Origin: Carpediemonas membranifera BICM
Taxonomy: Eukaryota; Protista; Fornicata
Direction: 5' to 3'
DNA length: 64,000 nt
NCBI GenBank assembly: GCA_019828565.1
Contig: JAHDYR010000002.1
Coordinates: 62,001-126,000, forward strand
The translations under genes were made by a program, and so were the position numbers. Shown here one piece after another: positions 58,249 through 64,000 of this stretch (position 1 is its first letter; each line of letters opens with the position of its first letter). The notes beneath the pieces are model-generated. The model did no database searches, was not told the DNA's origin, and worked only from the letters and a program-made list of their open reading frames with translations.

Positions 58249-58464
58249 ATGGAATCCTACAGGTATAGAGACTATTACGAAGAGATAGGAACCATTATAG
58301 CTGCAATTGATGCAATATTAGCGCATCCAGGACTGTGGGCGGTAGCAGAGCGTGTTGGAATGGATAGATTAGCAAGAGCGAAGGACTTACTCAATATAGA
58401 GCAAGAAAGGGCCAAATGCGGGATTCCGCCATCAAGTTCAGAAGAGTACAGTGATTCACAGTAA
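58249..58464 (+). CDS. Small helical ORF near the right TIR of element 3
   Basis: Positional equivalent of 29869-30096; similarity is weak. Confidence 0.4.
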   Translation: MESYRYRDYYEEIGTIIAAIDAILAHPGLWAVAERVGMDRLARAKDLLNIEQERAKCGIPPSSSEEYSDSQ

Positions 58465-58998
58465 ACCGTAGCGATCTATTGAGTTATATTCAGTTCTGGC
58501 CATGTTCGGCTTTTCCGGAATGTCAAAAATTTGACACGTCCATTTCGCCAAATTGCTGATTGCCAACGCTAGACCAGACATGCCAGGCTGTAGTACACGT
58601 GCTATACTACAACGTGGTGGTTCTGGTTTGCCGTTGGCAATCAGCAATTTCGAGAACAGACAAACTTCTTTTGCGATTTTTGCAACTTCTGGAGCATATA
58701 TCATTTGGTACAGACCCAGCCACGCAATAAAAACGCATAGCGTGGCTTACCATGGTCGGAACTATCCTAAAAAAGTTTGCGGTAAATATTGAGTAAATAT
58801 TTAATATAGATCTCGAGATTTAACGTCCCTTAGGTAGCCCTTGGATGCAAACATCCGCCCAGTAAATTTCGCTGTACAGCTCTAGCCCAAGACAAAAATA
58901 TGAGGGCTCGAAGTTTTGGCCTTCTCAGAAAAAGGTGGCAGTATACTGCTACTTTTCTTTGCTTGAGTAGCTGTATTACACCCCCTCCAGACAGCATG

Positions 58999-60689
58999 TT
59001 CCCTGTTTCGAAAGGCTCGGACGACATCCGAGTAATACACGACCTCCGAGAACTCAACACCGTGACGGAGGAGACCCGAGTCTTCCGCCTCTTCGGCATC
59101 AAACGTGCTTTGGCGACGCTCACGGCCGGGGACTGGATGACGAAGATCGACCTCCGCTCGGGGTACTCTCAAGTCCCAGTCAGGGAGCAGGACAGGACAC
59201 TTCTGGGCGTGGTCACTCCGGAGGGCGAGGCATTCTGCTACACTGGACTCCCCTTCGGTTGGACCGCGGCTCCGTTCTACTTTCAGACAATAACCATCCA
59301 GGCCGCAAAGATCATCGCCAGGCGCCTCCAGATCCACGTTTGCGTGTATCTAGACGACTTCCTCCTATCGTCTGCGCGCAAGGAGCACCTGGCATGGGTA
59401 ACACACGAGGCCCTCGAGCTCATGCGCTCCCTCGGCCTCATTCCGGGGCTGGACAAGTGTATTCTTCAGCCTACACGCTGCTTGGAGTACCTCGGCCTCC
59501 TCATCAATACGGAAAACACTTCAGTGCGCCTTTCCAGCGACAAGGCGCGCAAGTATCAGCAGACGTTGATATCCGCGTTGGAGAGCGACTCCATCAGCGC
59601 CGTCGACTACTCCAAGATCCTAGGGCGTCTCTCCTTCTTCGCTTCCGCAGCGCATGCAGCACAGCTCAAGCTGCGGCCGTTGCAAGCAAGACAGCCGAGA
59701 GGCAGAGTACCTTTGGATGCAGCCCTCAAGCAAGAGCTCGCCCAGTGGGTCTCACTGCTGCTGCAGCGCCCAGCCAAGTCATTTATCGAGCTCAGGGCCC
59801 TCTGGGACATGACAGGCTCCCTGGAGATGACAGTGGCGTCCGACGCATCCAGCTTCGGCTGGGGGCCAGAGTATACCTCGGAGAGAACAACAGATCGGCG
59901 CATGGGCACTTCCCCCCGCACATAGTGAACGCCCACATCTGCACAAAGGAGCTTTTCGCAGTCGTTCGGGGCATCGAACTCATCTCTCCACAGCCGCAGG
60001 TGCGCACCCTGACAGTTTTCTGCGACAACTCGGCCGTAGTCTCGTGGGTCAACAAGGGCGGATCGACAAGAGCAGACCAGACAGTCATGAGCCTACTCCA
60101 CGAGCTGCAACAACACCTCGACAGCAGAAACCTCGTGGCTCGATGTCTTCACATCGCAGGACACCTCAACGTGGAGCCGGACAGGCTGAGCCGGTTCATG
60201 AAGCTCGAGTGGTCGACCCCGCGTTCAGTCCTCGAGCGAATCCAGCGCAACTGGGGACCAGTGCAGGTCGACGCGACCGCCGCTCCCACTCGCCGCCTGG
60301 CCCTCCCAGGATTCGCTCAGCACGGATGGACTCTCGCAGAACACGGCCTGTCTCGGGACTGGACGGGGATGAGAGTCTTCGCAGCTCCTCCAGTAGCGAT
60401 GATTCCAGCGACATATCTGCATATTCGGACGATTCGGTCGCCGACCCAGACTGGATCCCCTCAGACGTGGAGGTCAGCTGCGATAATAGTGACTCCGGAC
60501 ATCCCGTCACCAGAACTCCGCCGCTTGCTTGCCCTCTCATCAGTTCCCAAGATGTACTTCAGAGTGAACCAAGATCTTCTGTCGGACTCCGAGCTGTCGC
60601 GGCTGGCCGAGAGGGGCAGGATAAGGCTCATCGCGATGATCATCAGGACTTCGAGTTCCTCCTCCACCACGACAGGCTCTCACATCTGA
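58999..60689 (+). CDS. RT-RNase H-methyltransferase-like ORF of element B (3' part; frameshift near 59865)
   Basis: IHDLR, IDLRSGY, LPFG, YLDD, SDAS..GWG, KEL, DN, DRLSR, WGPVQVD..DW..VFAAPP. Confidence 0.92.
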
Positions 60690-61548
60690 GCCTAGAGGCG
60701 TCACGCAGGGCAGTCGCGGGCTACCTCGTCAAGTTCAACGCGTCGAGAGACACCACGCTATCACACGCGGCGCAGCTCAGGCAGCACCTCATGAGCGAAG
60801 CCAAGACCTCGGGGCCCGACACGATCGGCAAGAAGGGACACTGGATTTGCAAAGCGGCCCCACTGATCTGCGACTGGACCCCCCGCAGGACAGCAGCGAG
60901 ATCATTCGATCAGTCCGCAACGTAGCATCCACCACCAGACTGACTGGCGGGGCTCGACCGGTGACGAGCGACATAGTCCGGTCGGGTTTCCGACGTTGGA
61001 AACAAGATCCGAAGACGTTCCAGGCGGTCTTGTTCGCCGCACTCTGCTTCCAAACTGTCAGCCGCGGCAAGGAAATCTTCACTCTGACGAGGGGAGACGT
61101 GACGTTCAGCCCAGAGGGCGACGCGACGCTGTTCATGGCACGCACCAAGACTACCACAGCGGTGAAGAAGCTCGTGGTCAACGCCACCTTTGACTCATTC
61201 AACATCGCGAAGGCGCTCCAGCTTTGGGTCAACTTGGCCACGAAGCGCGACACGGATTCACTATGGAGGAAGGTCAACGGAGACACGATCAGCAAGACAG
61301 AGGGGCTGTCAGAAGGCGCAATGAGGCGCTGGATCGCAGCAGTGTTTGGCGACTCCGTCACTTGGCACAGCTTCAGAAAGGGCGCGGCGACCGAGCTCGC
61401 CGTCGCCGGCACTCCTGAGCACGTGCTGATGGCACTGGGGAACTGGCGCTCCGCGAAGAGCCTGCTGGCGTACACCGGCAATGGCATCCGCCAGCACCCC
61501 GCGGTCCAGAGAGACATCGCCAGGTCTCTTTTGGGCAAGCCACTGTAA
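60600..61548 (+). CDS. Tyrosine recombinase of element B (frameshift at C-run near 60880; start uncertain)
   Basis: SRGKEI, RTKT, HSFRKG, LGNW, AY. Confidence 0.9.
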
Positions 61549-62048
61549 ACATTCGATGGGATGTTTATGGTGCAGGCTGTTGCGACCTCACGGGAGGTGA
61601 CAGCTAGGAGTTAATGATATCTCCTCGGCCGGCGGGACAACCCCGTTGGATCTACAGAGTGTAGAGGGTCAGGTGGCCCGCGAGTCGGGCGGGTAGTACC
61701 CCAGCTCATTGTCGCAAGGGCGACGGGACGTGGGCGAGGCCGGCAATCGCCGGATGCCCGCGTCATTGGTCAAGATTGGTCGGCGCAGTTTATGCGGCCA
61801 GATGACGAACGATTCGCAGCCGGTGGCTGTAAGAACGCGCTCGGGAGAGCGTCCCTCGTCGGTACGCGAGGGAAACCCAAGACTTACTTAGGAGCCGAAG
61901 GCGCGTAAGTCTTCGAATATTGACGCGGCGAAACAGGGGTTTCTTGCGTAAATATTCTTTCCCCCCGTTGGATCTACAGAGTGTAGAGGGTCAGGTGGCC
62001 CGCGAGTCGGGCTGCTAGGATACTCTAGCGCAGTTGTCATTGAAAAGT

Positions 62049-62130
62049 CGAGTGAGATGGGATTCGAACCCACGCTCCACTAGGGAAACAGATTAGCAGT
62101 CTACCGCCTTAACCACTCGGCCACCCACTC
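62049..62130 (-). tRNA. tRNA-Ser(GCT)
   Basis: Acceptor stem GAGTGGG/CTCACTC, A box TGGCCGAGTGG, anticodon loop CT-GCT-AA, long variable arm, GGTTCGAATCC, discriminator G, no encoded CCA, TTTT terminator at 62043-62046. Confidence 0.95.
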
Positions 62131-62199
62131 ATGCATATCATCGATATGTAAGCTATCACGCCTCGGGCGTGGCTCACGCCCTGACACTGCTGGGTCAGG

Positions 62200-64000
62200 G
62201 TGTGTCAGAACAGGATTCCGGGGACACGAGAAAGATGGCCAAAATATTTAGAAAATCTCGAAAGATATGATTGTGGATACGGTCTTGATCCGTCCCGATC
62301 GCGAGCAGATCGTATCCCTCCAGCAGAAACCGTGAGGATGGCCGAAGGCGACACGGATAACGCTGATCCGCCGCCTGTCACCATGGAGAGCCTTGCTGAG
62401 CTCATACAACAGCAGCAGAACGTCATTACGGCACTCCGTTCGGAGGTTTCATCGGTTAAGGACAGTACACGGGACCCGAGACGCCCGTCTCGGATAGGAG
62501 CCGTTGCTAAGGAGTACGACCACCTCCGCGAGACACTTGCCGACATCAGAGGTATCCTCAACAACCCGGAGATGACGCGCGTCAACCAGATCGAAGCCGC
62601 GATCGAGGCGGTCTTCGAGCGCAGACTCGAGTTCCTACGGCTATATGACAGCCACTCCGACACCGCTGCGCGCTACTTCATGGCTATTTCGAGAGAAGAA
62701 CGAGACGCGCAACGCTTCGTAGTGCTGGCCGCCAAGGCGGCCAAGGCCACCCCACCGCCTCCTCGACCCAAGCGGTTCCAGAGAGGCTTCGGCGGCTTCA
62801 GCCGCAACTCTCCCCGCTTCAACAACAACAACCGTCGTGCCCCGGCAACCGACCTCGGACCGGGGCGGGCCCAGTAGAGGCCAGAGAAGGGTTAAGCCTG
62901 AACCCGATGACTATAAAAGGCTCGATATACTTCGAAGAGTTTGTTTGCAATGGAAAGAGAAGAAGCACAAGAAGATCAGCAAGACACCTCCACCCAGTGT
63001 ATACAGGGGCTGACGGGCTCGATGAGCCGTCGGTGGATGAGGTGGGAGGCCCTCGGGGCCAGCAGGGAGGTGGTGCAACTGTTACGAGAGGGAGTGAAGG
63101 TCACCCCGGCAGCACCGGCGCTAATGCGCACCTCCAGAAGGAGACAGACACGATGAAGGCTCTACTAGAGGAGCTACTGCAACAGAAAGCAATAGAGAAG
63201 GGCGAGGCGACGACAATATGCCCCCTGTTTACATTAGAGAAGAAGATCGCAGGCAGCTACCGTCTGATACACGACCTGAGACCGGTCAATGCATACCAAG
63301 AGGACCTAACATTCAGGCTGAAGGGCCTAGCAGAGATACAGCATGGCGTTCCGAGAAACTCGTGGGGAATAACATTGGACATGAAGTCCGGGTACTACCA
63401 GCTCCTAGTGGAGGAGAACTCACGACAGGAACTCGGATTCTCGTTCGAGGGAGAACAATACAGATGGAGAGGACTCCCTTTCGGCCTCTCAACGGCGCCA
63501 CGGCAGTTTCAGTCGGTTACGTCACAGATGGCGAAGATCTTGCGCTCACTTCTCGAAGGACTGATAATATACGTGTATCTGGACGATCTGCTCATAATCA
63601 GTCGCTCGAGAGTGTCGTTGAGCGCCCAGGTCCCACGGATCTTAGAGATCTTGGACTCACTTGGAGTCGTCCTATCGAGAGAGAAGTGCCACTTGACCCC
63701 GTCCCAGAGGGTAACTTACTTGGGCGTGATAGTCGACTTGCGCGAGATGACGATGTCGCTGCCAGAGGAGAAGAGGGCTCAGTACAGCAGTCTCATAGCC
63801 AACCTGCAACTCAAGAGACACACAAAGCGGGACCTTCAGACCCTTCACGGAAAGCTACTCTTCTGCCGGTTCGCACTAGGGACGCGGGCACTTGTCCGGC
63901 TCAGAGAGCTGCAGGTCAGGATCGCTGGCTGCGACGACCGAGTGCGGTACCCAAAGTCCAGCCTGCCCCAGGACCTACGAACGGACCTGCGGTGGTGGGC
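62200..64000 (+). mobile_element. YR (DIRS-type) retrotransposon C: gag (to 62877) and RT (from ~63000, runs off the right edge)
   Basis: Hand translation: CPLFTLEKK..SYRLIHDLR, LDMKSGYYQ, LPFGLSTAP, YLDD, EKCHLTPSQ..YLG. Confidence 0.88.

Larger units (their letters stand above)
45868..58998 (+). mobile_element. Cargo transposon element 3 (13,131 bp; 22-bp TIRs; 2-bp TSD TT), no transposase seen
   Basis: catgctgtctggagggggtgta (45868-45889) is inverted at 58977-58998, with TT on both sides. Excision restores RT SAPIF-PVSKGSDDIRVIHDLR. Confidence 0.92.
44928..62012 (+). mobile_element. Complete YR retrotransposon B with split direct repeats (A1-gag-RT/RH/MT-YR-B1-A2-B2), interrupted by element 3
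   Basis: A1 44928-45066 = A2 61691-61829; B1 61641-61690 = B2 61963-62012; gag ends at 45620. Confidence 0.9.

Overview
Eukaryotic DNA, probably from a compact, GC-rich protist genome: it has short GT-AG introns and a Pol III tRNA gene. Bases 1-5800 carry four host genes: an ABCA-type transporter (partial), a cytosolic carboxypeptidase (tubulin deglutamylase family), a degenerate DERA-like TIM barrel and a WD40 protein. The remaining ~58 kb is a nest of mobile elements. It holds a chromodomain Ty3/Gypsy element, other Gypsy and possible LINE remnants, three tyrosine-recombinase (DIRS/Ngaro/PAT-type) retrotransposons around a tRNA-Ser(GCT) gene, and an ~11.1 kb tandem duplication. The main result is three divergent members of a large DNA transposon family with CAT(A/G)CTGT termini. 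Elements 1 (9462-20757, TSD GC) and 3 (45868-58998, TSD TT) are complete, 11-13 kb long, and have 2-bp target duplications; removing each restores the interrupted retrotransposon reading frame. Element 2 has only its right end visible, at 30368 (41507 in the duplicated copy). Element 1 encodes a divergent DDE transposase with Transib/RAG1/CMC-like motif order plus a chromatin-type cargo: GNAT, OTU, SET, CHAT/caspase-fold protease and PHD finger. Element 2 keeps the OTU-SET-CHAT-PHD order; element 3 keeps OTU and PHD. Many frameshifts fall in homopolymers and differ between the duplicated copies, so many are probably sequencing errors. All family assignments come from motif recognition by eye; no searches were run.
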